A stretch of 64,000 nucleotides of DNA from Alphaproteobacteria bacterium. GTDB lineage: Bacteria > Pseudomonadota > Alphaproteobacteria > JAAXGF01. The position numbers and the translations under genes were made by a program. How positions within the stretch are numbered: position 1 is the stretch's first letter; each line of letters begins with the position of its first letter. The stretch is from positions 800,001-864,000 of the forward strand of contig CAUVXB020000001.1 of assembly GCA_963555825.3 (NCBI GenBank), given 5' to 3'. The notes under the pieces were generated by a model. It searched no databases. It was not told the origin of the DNA and saw nothing but the letters and a program-made list of their open reading frames with translations. Below, piece by piece: positions 32,681-45,810 of this stretch.

Positions 32681-34570
32681 ATGCTGGTCAAGATGCGCAA
32701 ATTCGCCGGCACATGGATCATGGCGATATTCTCGTTCATGATCATCCTCAGCTTCGCGGTCTGGGGCGTCGGCGACATCTTCCGCGGCCGCACGTCCAAC
32801 GCGGTCGTCACGGTCGGCGACATCGAGATCGCCGACACCGAGCTGTCGCGCGAGTTCCGCCGACAGATGGGCCAGATGCAGCGGCTGTTCGGCGGCACGC
32901 TCGACGCCGAGCAGGCGCGCAACCTGGGGCTCGACGACCGGGCGCTCAACACGCTGGTCGCGCGCGCTCTCTACGATCTCGAGTCGGGAAACCTGGGGCT
33001 CGCGGTCGGCGACGATTTCATTAGAGACACCATCCAAAGCAACCCGAACTTCCACAATCAGGTGGGTGTCTTCGACCGCAGCATCTTTGATTCGGTGATC
33101 CGCCAGATGGGCTATGGCGAGCAGCAGTTCATCGCGCTGATGCGCGCCGAGATCATACGCTCGCAATTGCTTGGCTCGTTGGTCTCGGCCGTGCCGACGC
33201 CCAAGTTCGCGGTCGACGCGCTGTATCGCCATCGCGAGGAGCGCCGCGCCGCCAGCTATGTCGTGGTCACGAACGACTCGATCACCGGCCTTGCCGAGCC
33301 GTCTGAAACGGCGCTGGAAACATTCCATGGCGAGAACGCCGCACAGTTCACCGCGCCCGAGTACCGTACCTTCACGTTCATCCACTTGACCGTCGACGAC
33401 GTCGTCGACGAGATCGGTGTCGCCGTGGACGAGGTGCAGGCGGAATACGACGAACGCCGGAACATCTACGTCACGCCCGAGAAGCGCGACGTCGAGCAGA
33501 TACTGCTGCCCGACGAAGCGGCGGCGCGCGCGGCCCACGCCGCGCTCATGTCGGGCGAGGATTTCCTGGCCGTCGCCGAGCGGACGACCGGCGCGACCGG
33601 CGATGCGGTGGCGCTCGGCAAGATAACGCGCAGCGATCTGTTCGAAGAGATCACTGACAAGGTCTTCGCGCTCGGCGTCGACGAGATCGGCGAACCGCTC
33701 GAGAGCCCCTTCGGTTGGCATATCTTCCGGGTCCGGGCGGTCGAACCCGAATACGCCCGGCCGCTCGCCGAGGTGCGCGGCGAGTTGGAACGCGAGATCG
33801 CGCTGCGCGGCGCGGTCGACGTTCTGCACCGGCTGGCCAAACGGCTCGACGACGAACTGGGCAGCGGCGCGACGATCGAAGAGGCCGGCGCGGCGCTCCA
33901 ATTTCCAGTCACGCGGATCGATGGCGTCGACGACGCGGGCCTCGGACCCGACGACGTGCCGGTCGCCGGTTTGCCCACTGTCCGCGAGTTTCTGACGACG
34001 GCCTACGCGACGCCCGAAGGCGACGCATCTTTGCTGATCGAAACCGACGACGGCAGCTATTTCGTGCTGCGCGTCGACGGCGTGACGCTGCCGACGTTGC
34101 GCCCGCTCGACAGCATCCGCGGCGAGGTCACCCAGGCATGGCGTGCCGCCGAGCGCGACAAGCTGGCCGCGGCGCGCGCGACGGAAGCGGCCGAGCGCAT
34201 CAACGGCGGCGCGTCGATAGCGACGGTCGCGGGCGACCTCGGCCTCGACGTGACGGTCGGCGATCCGGTGCGCCGCGATGGCGACGGCGCCGCGCTCCAG
34301 TTCTCCAACGCGCTGGTCCGGGCGCTGTTCTCGGGCTCGATCGGCGATGCGGTGAGCGCCCCGGCGCGCAGCGGCTCGGGTCATGTCGTCGCGCGCCTCG
34401 ACGAGATCGTCGAGGCCGAACCGGGCGGTGATGGCGACGCGCGACGGGCATCGATACGCGCCGAGCTGCAGGGCGCGATGGCCAACGATCTGACCACGCA
34501 ATACCGCATGGCGCTGGAGGCGCGCTACCCGGTCAAGATCAACCAGGGCGCGGTCGACGCGCTGTTCTAG
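32681..34570 (+). CDS. ppiD: PpiD/SurA-like peptidyl-prolyl isomerase chaperone
   Basis: SFAVWGVGD N-terminal anchor, FTAPEYR, ESPFGWH; tpiA-ppiD-trpE synteny. Confidence 0.9.
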   Translation: MLVKMRKFAGTWIMAIFSFMIILSFAVWGVGDIFRGRTSNAVVTVGDIEIADTELSREFRRQMGQMQRLFGGTLDAEQARNLGLDDRALNTLVARALYDLESGNLGLAVGDDFIRDTIQSNPNFHNQVGVFDRSIFDSVIRQMGYGEQQFIALMRAEIIRSQLLGSLVSAVPTPKFAVDALYRHREERRAASYVVVTNDSITGLAEPSETALETFHGENAAQFTAPEYRTFTFIHLTVDDVVDEIGVAVDEVQAEYDERRNIYVTPEKRDVEQILLPDEAAARAAHAALMSGEDFLAVAERTTGATGDAVALGKITRSDLFEEITDKVFALGVDEIGEPLESPFGWHIFRVRAVEPEYARPLAEVRGELEREIALRGAVDVLHRLAKRLDDELGSGATIEEAGAALQFPVTRIDGVDDAGLGPDDVPVAGLPTVREFLTTAYATPEGDASLLIETDDGSYFVLRVDGVTLPTLRPLDSIRGEVTQAWRAAERDKLAAARATEAAERINGGASIATVAGDLGLDVTVGDPVRRDGDGAALQFSNALVRALFSGSIGDAVSAPARSGSGHVVARLDEIVEAEPGGDGDARRASIRAELQGAMANDLTTQYRMALEARYPVKINQGAVDALF

Positions 34571-34571
34571 T

Positions 34572-36089
34572 ATGCAGATATCCCCGGGCCTCGACGCGTT
34601 CACCGCGACCTACCACGCCGGCAAGGCTCAGGTCGCCTGGACGACGCTGGTCGCCGATCTCGAGACGCCGGTCTCGGCGATGCTCAAGCTGGCCGACGGG
34701 CGCGCCAACAGCTTCCTGCTCGAATCGGTCGAGGGCGGCGCGGTGCGCGGCCGCTACTCGATCATCGGCTTGAAGCCCGACCTGGTCTGGCGCGCCACCG
34801 GCGACAACGCCGAGATCAATCGCGACGCCATCGGCGACGCGGACGCCTTCGCGCCCTGCGCCGACGGCGCGCTCGCCTCGCTCCGCGCGCTGCTCGATGA
34901 ATCGCATATCGATCTGCCCGACGAACTGCCGCCGATGGCGGCCGGCATGGTCGGCTACATGGCCTACGACATGGTGCGGCTGATGGAACGTCTGCCGGAT
35001 TCGAACCCGGACGTCATCGGCACGCCCGACGGCTTGTTCCTGCGCCCGACGATCATGGCGATCTTCGACAACATCGAGGACGTCGTGACCGTGGTGACGC
35101 CGGTGCGGCCGGCCGACGGCGTTGACGCCCAGGCCGCCTACGACGCGGCCGACGCGCGCATCGCCGCGGTGGTCGCCGACCTCGGCCGCAGCCTGCCACA
35201 CCCGACCGAGAACGTCGCCGCCGAGGTCGCGGCGGTCGAGCCGATCTCGAACACGACGCGCGAGCGCTATCACGCCATCGTCGAGCAGGCGAAGGCGTAC
35301 ATCATGGCGGGCGACATCTTCCAGGTCGTGCCGTCGCAGCGCTTCTCGGTGCCGTTCACGCTGCCGCCGTTCGCGCTCTACCGCGCGCTGCGCCGGCTCA
35401 ACCCCTCGCCCTTCCTGTTCTTCCTGAACTTCGGCGATTTCGCCGTCGTCGGCTCGAGCCCCGAGATCCTGGTCCGCCTGCGCGGCGAGGTGGTGACCAT
35501 CCGGCCGCTCGCCGGCACCCGGCCGCGCGGCGCCACCGCGGCCGAGGACCAGGCGCTGGCCGACGAGCTGCTGGCCGACCCGAAGGAGCTCGCCGAGCAC
35601 CTGATGCTGCTCGATCTGGGGCGCAACGACGTCGGCCGCTTCGCCAAGATCGGCACGGTCCGCGTCACCCAGCAGTTCGCCATCGAGCGCTACTCCCACG
35701 TCATGCACATCGTCTCCAACGTCGAGGGCGAGATCGACCCGCGCCACGACGCGCTCGACGCGCTGATCGGCGGCTTCCCGGCCGGCACCGTCTCGGGCGC
35801 GCCGAAGGTGCGCGCCATGGAGATCATCGACGAGTTGGAGCACGAGCGGCGCGGCATCTACGCCGGCGCGGTCGGCTATTTCTCGGCGGGCGGCGCGATG
35901 GACACCTGCATCTCGCTGCGCACCGCGGTGGTCAAGGACGGCGTCATGTACGTCCAGGCCGGCGGCGGCGTGGTCGCCGACAGCGACCCCGAGACCGAGT
36001 ACCAGGAGAGCTGCAACAAGGCCCGCGCCCTGATCCGCGCCGCCCAGGAAGCCGTCCGCTACGCGCCGCGTAGCGAGGGGGACGGGTAA
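34572..36089 (+). CDS. trpE: Anthranilate synthase component I
   Basis: DLETPVSA, LLESVEGG, NPSPF, GSSPE, GTVSGAPKVRAME. Confidence 0.96.
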   Translation: MQISPGLDAFTATYHAGKAQVAWTTLVADLETPVSAMLKLADGRANSFLLESVEGGAVRGRYSIIGLKPDLVWRATGDNAEINRDAIGDADAFAPCADGALASLRALLDESHIDLPDELPPMAAGMVGYMAYDMVRLMERLPDSNPDVIGTPDGLFLRPTIMAIFDNIEDVVTVVTPVRPADGVDAQAAYDAADARIAAVVADLGRSLPHPTENVAAEVAAVEPISNTTRERYHAIVEQAKAYIMAGDIFQVVPSQRFSVPFTLPPFALYRALRRLNPSPFLFFLNFGDFAVVGSSPEILVRLRGEVVTIRPLAGTRPRGATAAEDQALADELLADPKELAEHLMLLDLGRNDVGRFAKIGTVRVTQQFAIERYSHVMHIVSNVEGEIDPRHDALDALIGGFPAGTVSGAPKVRAMEIIDELEHERRGIYAGAVGYFSAGGAMDTCISLRTAVVKDGVMYVQAGGGVVADSDPETEYQESCNKARALIRAAQEAVRYAPRSEGDG

Positions 36090-36190
36090 CGTCGCCGCGC
36101 CGGCGCGGCGCCCCCCTGAACATCGAAAAGTTAAACGGAAATCGACCCACCCGCCGAGGCTGCATCCGGCCGGTTGTGATCAACGAATCG

Positions 36191-36229
36191 TTGACACATT
36201 CTCTCATGCGTGCTATTCTTGTTTTGTTC
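36191..36229 (+). promoter_or_regulatory. Sigma70-type promoter with overlapping LexA-like box
   Basis: TTGACA-N17-TATTCT; ATTC-N7-GTTC at 36215-36229 is one mismatch from the alphaproteobacterial GTTC-N7-GTTC box. Confidence 0.6.
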
Positions 36230-36307
36230 CAGTTTATAACTGAGATTCGACACAAGAGATGCGCCGCATCTTCGTATTGGTTCTGAGCGTTCTCGCTGTC
36301 CTCGCTA

Positions 36308-37486
36308 GTGTCCTGATCGATAAATTGATATGATTATGTCTCTATTTGTTTTTAGGAGGCGCGATTGATGGCGAGAGTGGCGGTGACGATCTCTTTGAGC
36401 GATGACGAGCGCGCCGAATTGGAGGCGCTGTCTCGTCGTCGCAAGACGTCGCAGGGGCTTGCGCGGCGGGCTCGGATCGTCTTGGCGGCGGCGGAAGGGT
36501 TGGAGAACAAGGAGATCGCCGTTCGTCTCGAGGCGAGCGCGGACACCGTGGGCAAGTGGCGTCGCCGCTATGCGGCGGAGGGCCTCGACGGTCTGTACGA
36601 CGAACCCCGCCCCGGCGCGCCGCGTCAAATCGGCGATGACGCCATCGCGGAAGCGGTCCGGCTGACGCTGGAAGAGACGCCGCCGGACGCGACCCATTGG
36701 AGCCTTCGCTCGATGGCGCGGGCGAGCGGCCACGCGCCCTCGACCATTCATCGCATCTGGCGGGCCTTCGGCTTGCAGCCGCATCGCTCGGAGACCTTCA
36801 AGCTGTCGAGCGATCCCTTCTTCGTGGAGAAGGTCCGCGACATCGTCGGTCTGTATTTGGCGCCGCCGGATCGTGCCCTGGTTCTCTGTGTCGACGAAAA
36901 GAGCCAGATCCAGGCCCTGGACCGTTCCCAGCCCCTCTTGCCGATGCGCCCCGGGCAGGCGGAGCGGCGCAGCCACGACTACAAGCGCCACGGCACGACC
37001 TCTCTCTTCGCGGCCCTCGACATCGCCACGGGAGAGATCATCGGCAAATGTTTCCCGCGCCATCGGGCCCGAGAGTTCCGCAAATTCCTCGACCTCGTCG
37101 AGGCGAACGTCCCTGCTGATCTCGACATCCACATCGTCATGGACAACTACGGGACCCACAAGACCAAGGCGATCCGCGACTGGTTCGCCAAACGGCCGCG
37201 CTGGCAGGCCCATTTCACACCCACCAGCGCCTCCTGGCTGAACCAGGTCGAGCGCTGGTTCGGGCTGCTGACCGACAAGCAGATCAGGCGCGGCGTCCAT
37301 CGCTCCACCAAGGAGTTGGAGCGCACCATCCTCGACTACATCGACACGACAAACCAGAACCCCAAACCCTTCAAATGGACCAAATCCGCCGATGACATCC
37401 TCGGCGCCATCCAGCGCTTCTGCCTCCGAACAATCGAAATCGCTGAACAGCAGGCGAAAATCATGCGAACTTCGGAATCGGGACAC
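36308..37486 (+). mobile_element. IS630-family insertion sequence
   Basis: Ends gtgtccYgat; TA duplicated at 36306-7 and 37487-8 (CTAG target). Confidence 0.92.
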
Positions 37487-37489
37487 TAG
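36368..37489 (+). CDS. IS630 DDE transposase
   Basis: [38 protein letters not shown]. Confidence 0.95.
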   Translation: MARVAVTISLSDDERAELEALSRRRKTSQGLARRARIVLAAAEGLENKEIAVRLEASADTVGKWRRRYAAEGLDGLYDEPRPGAPRQIGDDAIAEAVRLTLEETPPDATHWSLRSMARASGHAPSTIHRIWRAFGLQPHRSETFKLSSDPFFVEKVRDIVGLYLAPPDRALVLCVDEKSQIQALDRSQPLLPMRPGQAERRSHDYKRHGTTSLFAALDIATGEIIGKCFPRHRAREFRKFLDLVEANVPADLDIHIVMDNYGTHKTKAIRDWFAKRPRWQAHFTPTSASWLNQVERWFGLLTDKQIRRGVHRSTKELERTILDYIDTTNQNPKPFKWTKSADDILGAIQRFCLRTIEIAEQQAKIMRTSESGH

Positions 37490-38502
37490 GGAGGATGTTG
37501 AAGCACGCGCCCAGACCGCCGGCAACGACTTCGGCTGGAGCGCGGAAGTCGACGCGGCACTAACCGAATTCGAGATCGGCAATACCGACGGAGCAGTCGA
37601 GCAATTGATTCCGCTTGCCGACGCGGGCGATGTCCATGCCCAGTTCCTGCTTGGGCGGTTCTACGAAGATGAGATGGAGTTCAAGGTCAACCATTGCCGC
37701 GCACTCCATTGGTACAAGGAGGCCGCGGCCCAAGGACATGCCGCAGCCACGACCGCAGCGGGCTACTTCTACCTTTCAGGATATTGCAGGCATAAGGACT
37801 ACGACGAAGCGGCCCGCTACTTCGAGCGCGCAGTGATTCTCGGTGATGCCAGCGCGGCTCTGATGTTGACCTATCTCCATCTGACCATCGACTCCGGTCA
37901 CTTCGACCCGCAATCGACCGTAAAGCGCGCCGAAACTGCGTGGGACTTGAGCCAAGAACCCAAGGGTCCCGACTGGGTGGCGATCAATGCCGCCATGGTA
38001 CTAGGACGGGTTTACGGGCGCGGCTATGGCGTTTCTAAAAATTCCGTGAAAGCGGAACATTTCCTGCGCGTTGCAGCGGAACAAGGTTCGCCAGACGCCC
38101 AGTACCAATTGGGCGAGTTTTATCGAGACCGATACGGCCATCCACGCTATCGCGAATCCTGGATGTGGTTGTCACTTGCTGCCCATCAGGGCGATCGGTC
38201 TGCCGTCGACCAGATAGCGCATCTGTCCGACGAAACACGAGTTGAAGCACGGCGGACAGCTATCGCGATGTTCGAGAAAATGATCGAAGACCCGCAGCTT
38301 GCAATCGGCAGGGCGGCCAAGTGGTGCCTCGATCACCAATCGAGCGCGGAGATTTGCCTGCGTTTCGCCTATCGAGACCACTTCGAATGCGATCCGCATA
38401 TCTCACCAGGTTACTTCGAGGCGCGGTATGTAGACTCGATCGCGTACGACGCGTGCCGGCGCGAGGTGTTCGATTCGCACGCAGAGAAGGGCGGAGGCTA
38501 GA

Positions 38503-39442
38503 ATGATATTCGCCCGGCCACTTTGCGCACTTGCATTCGTCGTATTCGCGATCGTTGCCACCGGCACGGCACCCGCAGCCTCACAGTCGGATGAGTTCGT
38601 GCCGCCCTGGAGCGCGGAGGTCGACGCCGCACTCGCATTCTTCGAAAGCGGCGATACCGAAGCGGCGATCGAGCGGCTCGAGCCGCTCGCCGAGGCGGGC
38701 GACGTCGACGCGCAATACATTCTCGGCAGTATCCATGCGCGGGGAATCGGCGTCGCCGAGGACCGCTGCCGCGCTCTCCCATGGTTTCAGCGCGCCGCCG
38801 CGCAAGACGACTCCCGAGCGATCGCATGGTTGGGCGTCTACCATCAATTGGGCGATTGCATGCCAAAGGACTACGACGAAGCGGCGCGCTACTTCAAACA
38901 GGCCGCGGAACTCGGCCAGGCCGGGGCTTACGTCTCGCTTGCTCTTCTCCATAGCGACAAGTCCGAGGGTCTGTACGATCCGATATTGACCATCAAGTGG
39001 GCAAAAAAAGAATGGGACGTAAATAAAGAAACAAATAAAGGATATCATGTTATTGTTGCGGCATTAATTTTAGGGTCTTCATATAAAGTAGGGAAAGGAG
39101 TTTCGGTAAATTTAGAAAAAGCCGCATTTTATTCTTCGTTCGCCGCAAATCAAGGACTTCACTATGCGCAATTCCTTTTGGGGAAAATTTACGAAATTCA
39201 CCGCGACCCCGCGAGGAGGTACACCGAAGGTTACGAGTGGATTTTCCTGGCGGCGTACCAGGGGAACGAGGACGCCATCGCACTGCTGCATCATTTCTAT
39301 GGCAAGGTTCCCGAATGGATGATTACGAATCTACGGAGAGCAGCGCGCGATAGACTGTTCGAGATTGCCGCAAGACCAAGGTCGCAGATCGGAAAGGCGG
39401 CCCAATGGTGCCAATCCCACAAATCGGGCTCGTTCGAATCTT
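38503..39442 (+). pseudogene. Second secreted Sel1-repeat protein, 3'-truncated by IS1595
   Basis: Paralogue of the upstream gene (WSAEVDAAL, KDYDEAARYF, IGKAAQWC); the last ~45 aa of the ORF are IS sequence. Confidence 0.8.
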
Positions 39443-40544
39443 GCCTATCCGGTTTACACCCACACCCACTAGGGCTAGAATGGGCGCAAACCGGATATAG
39501 GGGAGCGCGCCATGGATGTTCTCGACCGCGCCGATCTCCCATTCCCGCATTCGCTACCCGAGTTCCAGCGACTTTTCCCCGATGATGCGGCCTGCGCCGC
39601 CTACCTGGAGAAAGCCCGCTGGGGAGACGGCTTTGCCTGCCCGCACTGCGGCACGGCGGGAGAGCCGTTCCACTTTGAAAACCGCCCTGGCGTCCTGCGC
39701 TGCCGCAAGTGCCGCCAGAACACCGGGCTGACGGTGGGAACAGTGATGGAGCGTAGCCACACTCCGCTGAACGTCTGGTTCTGGGCCGCTTATCTGGTCG
39801 CCAGTCAGACGCCCGGCATGTCCGCCGTGCAGTTTCAGCGGCAACTTGGTCTTTCGCGCTACGAGACGGCCTTTCAAATTCTCCACAAGCTCCGCTCGGG
39901 CATGGTGCGGCCCAACCAAGACAGGATCGGTGGACAGCCCAAGAACCATGTTGAGGTGGACGAAACCTGGGTTGGCGGGCGAACGCGTGGGGAAGGCCGT
40001 GGTGTTCACCACAAGGTTCTCGTCTCCTGTGCCATCGAGGTGCGTCATCGAAAGCCGGGCACCAAGCTCGACAACCGGAAAGACGGACGCTATGCCGGAC
40101 GCGTTCGGCTCGCCGTCGTGCTCGACCGTAGCGCCGAGTCGCTCTGTGGGTTCGTCGAGAGCACCGTCGCGCCGGGATCGCTGATCGTTACTGACGATTG
40201 GAGCGGCTATGCTGGCCTCGGTAAGCGCGGCTATGAGCACTTCGCTGTTGCCGAGTGTGGTGATCCAGAGGTTGCCGAGCAATACCTGCCGATCATCCAT
40301 CTGGTTTTCGCCAACCTGAAGACGTGGCTGATCGGTATCCACCACGGCGTTAGCCACCAGCACCTACAAGCCTACCTCAACGAGTTCACCTTCCGCTTCA
40401 ACAGGCGGTTCTACCCGTTCAACGCCTTCCGCTCATTGCTCGGCATCGCGGGCGACACCTCTGCTCCAACCTATGCCGAGCTTTACTCGGGAGAGTGGCG
40501 GCACCCTACATGTAGCGGTCATGGGCGTTAACCGGATAGGCAAG
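39440..40544 (+). mobile_element. IS1595-family insertion sequence
   Basis: IR cttgcctatccggttWacRccca; exact ends uncertain by ~2 bp; no target duplication visible. Confidence 0.88.
39512..40531 (+). CDS. IS1595 transposase (Zn ribbon + DDE)
   Basis: CPHCG..CRKC, VEVDETW, TDDW, YLNEFTFRFNRR. Confidence 0.93.
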   Translation: MDVLDRADLPFPHSLPEFQRLFPDDAACAAYLEKARWGDGFACPHCGTAGEPFHFENRPGVLRCRKCRQNTGLTVGTVMERSHTPLNVWFWAAYLVASQTPGMSAVQFQRQLGLSRYETAFQILHKLRSGMVRPNQDRIGGQPKNHVEVDETWVGGRTRGEGRGVHHKVLVSCAIEVRHRKPGTKLDNRKDGRYAGRVRLAVVLDRSAESLCGFVESTVAPGSLIVTDDWSGYAGLGKRGYEHFAVAECGDPEVAEQYLPIIHLVFANLKTWLIGIHHGVSHQHLQAYLNEFTFRFNRRFYPFNAFRSLLGIAGDTSAPTYAELYSGEWRHPTCSGHGR

Positions 40545-43099
<2,555 letters not shown>

Positions 43100-43383
43100 C
43101 GCTCAACCCCCTTACAGCCGATAGGATACGCCGCATCGCAAGATTGGGGAATACCGGATGACAAAGGCAATACACGGGCAAAAAGCTGAACCACCAATGT
43201 CGGTTGTGGGTAATCGGCTCAAAGCAGACATGTTCCGCTAATGAGCAGACATTCCTGGCGTTGTTTCGGCGAATTTTCTAACTGAGAGATGATCAACACG
43301 ACCAAGGGTGCAAACGGTGAGTCGGACCCGATTTCCTTGGACACAGAATTGGCTTAATCGAAGTGTCCAAGGAGGACCGGAAC

Positions 43384-43794
43384 ATGACCGACAATTTTGA
43401 GAACAAAGTTGCTGTTGATGGGCCTGTGGTAAACGAGGGCGAGCTTGGCTCGTCCACGTTTTCCCCGGGCCAGGTTTCGCCGGCAGGCCCGCTGGGACTT
43501 GGCCAGCGGTGGACGGTGACGCGCAAGCGTGAGGTTGCCCTGCGGCTTTTGCGTGGCGAGCCGGTGGAACTTTTGTCGCGGCAGTTGGGCGTGGAGATTT
43601 TCCGGCTCGAGCAGTGGCGTGAGAAGGCGATCGCCGGGATCGATGCCTCGCTCAAGGAACGCAAGGGCGATCCGGTGAAGGCGGAACTGGACATCGCCAT
43701 GAAGCGGATCGGGGAGTTGATCATGCAGGTGGAACTGCTGGAGGCCAAGACGGAGACGTCCGGCCCTTTGGGGCGGCGGAGGTCGCGGCGATGA
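43384..43794 (+). CDS. IS3-type OrfA (HTH)
   Basis: RWTVTRKREVALRLLRGE; ATGA overlap with orfB. Confidence 0.85.
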   Translation: MTDNFENKVAVDGPVVNEGELGSSTFSPGQVSPAGPLGLGQRWTVTRKREVALRLLRGEPVELLSRQLGVEIFRLEQWREKAIAGIDASLKERKGDPVKAELDIAMKRIGELIMQVELLEAKTETSGPLGRRRSRR

Positions 43795-44702
43795 GTGCCG
43801 CCACCTCTCCCGGCACGGGTTTGGCCTACGGCCTCCAGCGGGTCTGTGCGGCCTGGGGTTTTGCCCGTTCCTCGTTCTACGCCATGAAATCCCGGCAGCA
43901 GGCCACCGCTGAGCGCCCACCAGCAAAGCGCCGGGGACCGAAGCCCTCGATCTCGGACGAGGCTCTGCTGGTGGCCATCGAGGCCGACCTGGAGGCATCC
44001 CCCTGGGAGGGCGAGGGACACCGCAAGGTCTGGGCTCGGCTTCGGGTCTGTCGTGGCATCCGTGTTTCCCGCAAGCGGGGGCTCCGGGTGATGCGCGAGA
44101 ACAACCTGCTCTCGCCCCATCGCTGCCGCCGCCGTGGCGGAAATCCCCATGTCGGTGAGATCATCACCCATGCCCCCAACCTCATGTGGGGCACGGACGG
44201 CGTTCGGGTGTTCACGGTGGACGACGGCTGGGGCTGGATATTCACCGCCATCGAGCATTGGAACGCCGAGTGCGTCGGCTGGCATGTGTGCAAGCGAGGC
44301 GACCGCTTCGCCGCCCTTCAGCCGATCTCCATGGGGCTTGCGAGGCTGTATGCCTCGACCTCCGCCGGTGCGGCGCGGGGGCTGGCCTTGCGGATGGATC
44401 ACGGCTCCCAGTATCTGTCGGACCACTTCACCAACCAGATCAAGTTCTGGGGCATCCAGCCGTCCTACGCCTTCGTCGAACAGCCCCAGACCAACGGCGT
44501 CGCCGAGAGGTTCAATCGCACGCTCAAGGAACAGATCATCCATGGCCGCATCTACCGCAACATCGCGGAGCTGCGGAACGCCGTCCGCGGGTTCGTCGAA
44601 CAGTACAATGCCCAGTGGATCGTGGAGAAGAACGGCTACCTGAGCCCCGCTCAAGCTCGTCAGGCGTGGCACACCGCGATGTCACTCAGGCCCGCCGCAT
44701 GA
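43791..44702 (+). CDS. IS3-type OrfB (rve DDE transposase)
   Basis: WGTDG, MDHGSQY, NGVAERFNRTLKE. Confidence 0.92.
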   Translation: MSAATSPGTGLAYGLQRVCAAWGFARSSFYAMKSRQQATAERPPAKRRGPKPSISDEALLVAIEADLEASPWEGEGHRKVWARLRVCRGIRVSRKRGLRVMRENNLLSPHRCRRRGGNPHVGEIITHAPNLMWGTDGVRVFTVDDGWGWIFTAIEHWNAECVGWHVCKRGDRFAALQPISMGLARLYASTSAGAARGLALRMDHGSQYLSDHFTNQIKFWGIQPSYAFVEQPQTNGVAERFNRTLKEQIIHGRIYRNIAELRNAVRGFVEQYNAQWIVEKNGYLSPAQARQAWHTAMSLRPAA

Positions 44703-44816
44703 GACAAACTTGTGTCCAAGGAACCGGGTGCGATACAAAGGGTGCAAACGGCGCGCTTGCGTCGGCGCGCGGGGCGCGTAGGCTGGCCGGCGACATCGAC
44801 GCGACAGGGTAAGGTC

Positions 44817-45725
44817 TTGCGCCGCAACACCGATCTCTTGCCCAGCCTGGCGATCGTCGCCACCGGGCTGCTGTGGGGCACATACTGGATTCCGCTGCGC
44901 GCGCTCGACGCGGCGGGCTTAAGCGGGCCGTGGGCGACCTTCGCGCCGGTCGCCGCCGGCTTGGCGCTGCTCATGCCCGTCGCCGTCGCGCGCTGGCGCC
45001 GGCTGGCCGCCGGCGGCTGGCCGCTGATCGGCATGGGGCTCTTGTGCGGCGCGGCCTTCTCGCTCTATTCCAACGCGCTCTTGATGACCGAGATCATCAC
45101 GGTCATCCTGCTGTTCTACCTGACGCCGGTGTGGGCGACGCTGCTCGCGCGCGTCTTCCTCGGCCAGCCGATTACCGTGACACGCATCCTGACGATCCTG
45201 CTCGGCATCGGCGGCATGGTGGTGGTGCTCGGCATCGACGATCGGATCCCCCTGCCGCGTGGTCTGGGAGACTGGCTCGGCCTGATTTCAGGCATCGCCT
45301 GGGCGCTCGGCTCGGTGATCATCCGCAAGCGCGACGACGTCGCCGCGATCGACAACACCTTCGCCTTCCTGACCGGCGCGACGCTGGTCGCCATCGCCCT
45401 GCCGATCCTCGCCATGCCAGCCGAGGGCGCCGCCGTCGATCCGCTCGCCTTGCCGCTCGGCGCGATCGCACCGTGGCTCGCGCTGACCACGCTGGCCTGG
45501 GCGGTACCGATCATAGTGTTGTTGATGTGGGGCACCCAACGGCTCGATCCCGGCCGCGTCGGCATTCTCTTGATGGGCGAGGTGCTGGTCGGCGCCGTCA
45601 CGGCCGCGATCCTGACCGACGAGCCCTTCGGCGCGCGCCAGTTCATCGGCGGCGGCCTGATCGTCGCGGCGGCGCTGATCGACGTGCTGGCGCAGCCGCC
45701 CGAGGCCGACGCCGCACGGGCGTAA
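44817..45725 (+). CDS. DMT/EamA-family transporter
   Basis: About 10 TM segments, LWG, LFYLTPVW, EPFG; start approximate. Confidence 0.88.
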   Translation: MRRNTDLLPSLAIVATGLLWGTYWIPLRALDAAGLSGPWATFAPVAAGLALLMPVAVARWRRLAAGGWPLIGMGLLCGAAFSLYSNALLMTEIITVILLFYLTPVWATLLARVFLGQPITVTRILTILLGIGGMVVVLGIDDRIPLPRGLGDWLGLISGIAWALGSVIIRKRDDVAAIDNTFAFLTGATLVAIALPILAMPAEGAAVDPLALPLGAIAPWLALTTLAWAVPIIVLLMWGTQRLDPGRVGILLMGEVLVGAVTAAILTDEPFGARQFIGGGLIVAAALIDVLAQPPEADAARA

Positions 45726-45810
45726 CGTCTCACCGGCGTCGTTGTTTCACGCGAGCGGCCGGGCGGTGTAGGATCGCGACGTCGGTCGGTTGGCGATAAC
45801 GCTGTGGGAG

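Larger units (their letters stand above)
36259..38501 (+). pseudogene. Secreted Sel1-repeat protein interrupted by IS630
   Basis: MRRIFVLVLSVLAVLA (36259-36306) rejoins in frame with [18 protein letters not shown] after the IS is removed; Sel1 repeats AQFLLG..WYKEAAAQG. Confidence 0.85.
43318..44737 (+). mobile_element. IS3-type insertion sequence copy 1 with 14-bp flanking direct repeat
   Basis: TG..CA ends sharing ttccttggacaca; aagggtgcaaacgg at 43304-43317 and 44738-44751. Confidence 0.92.
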
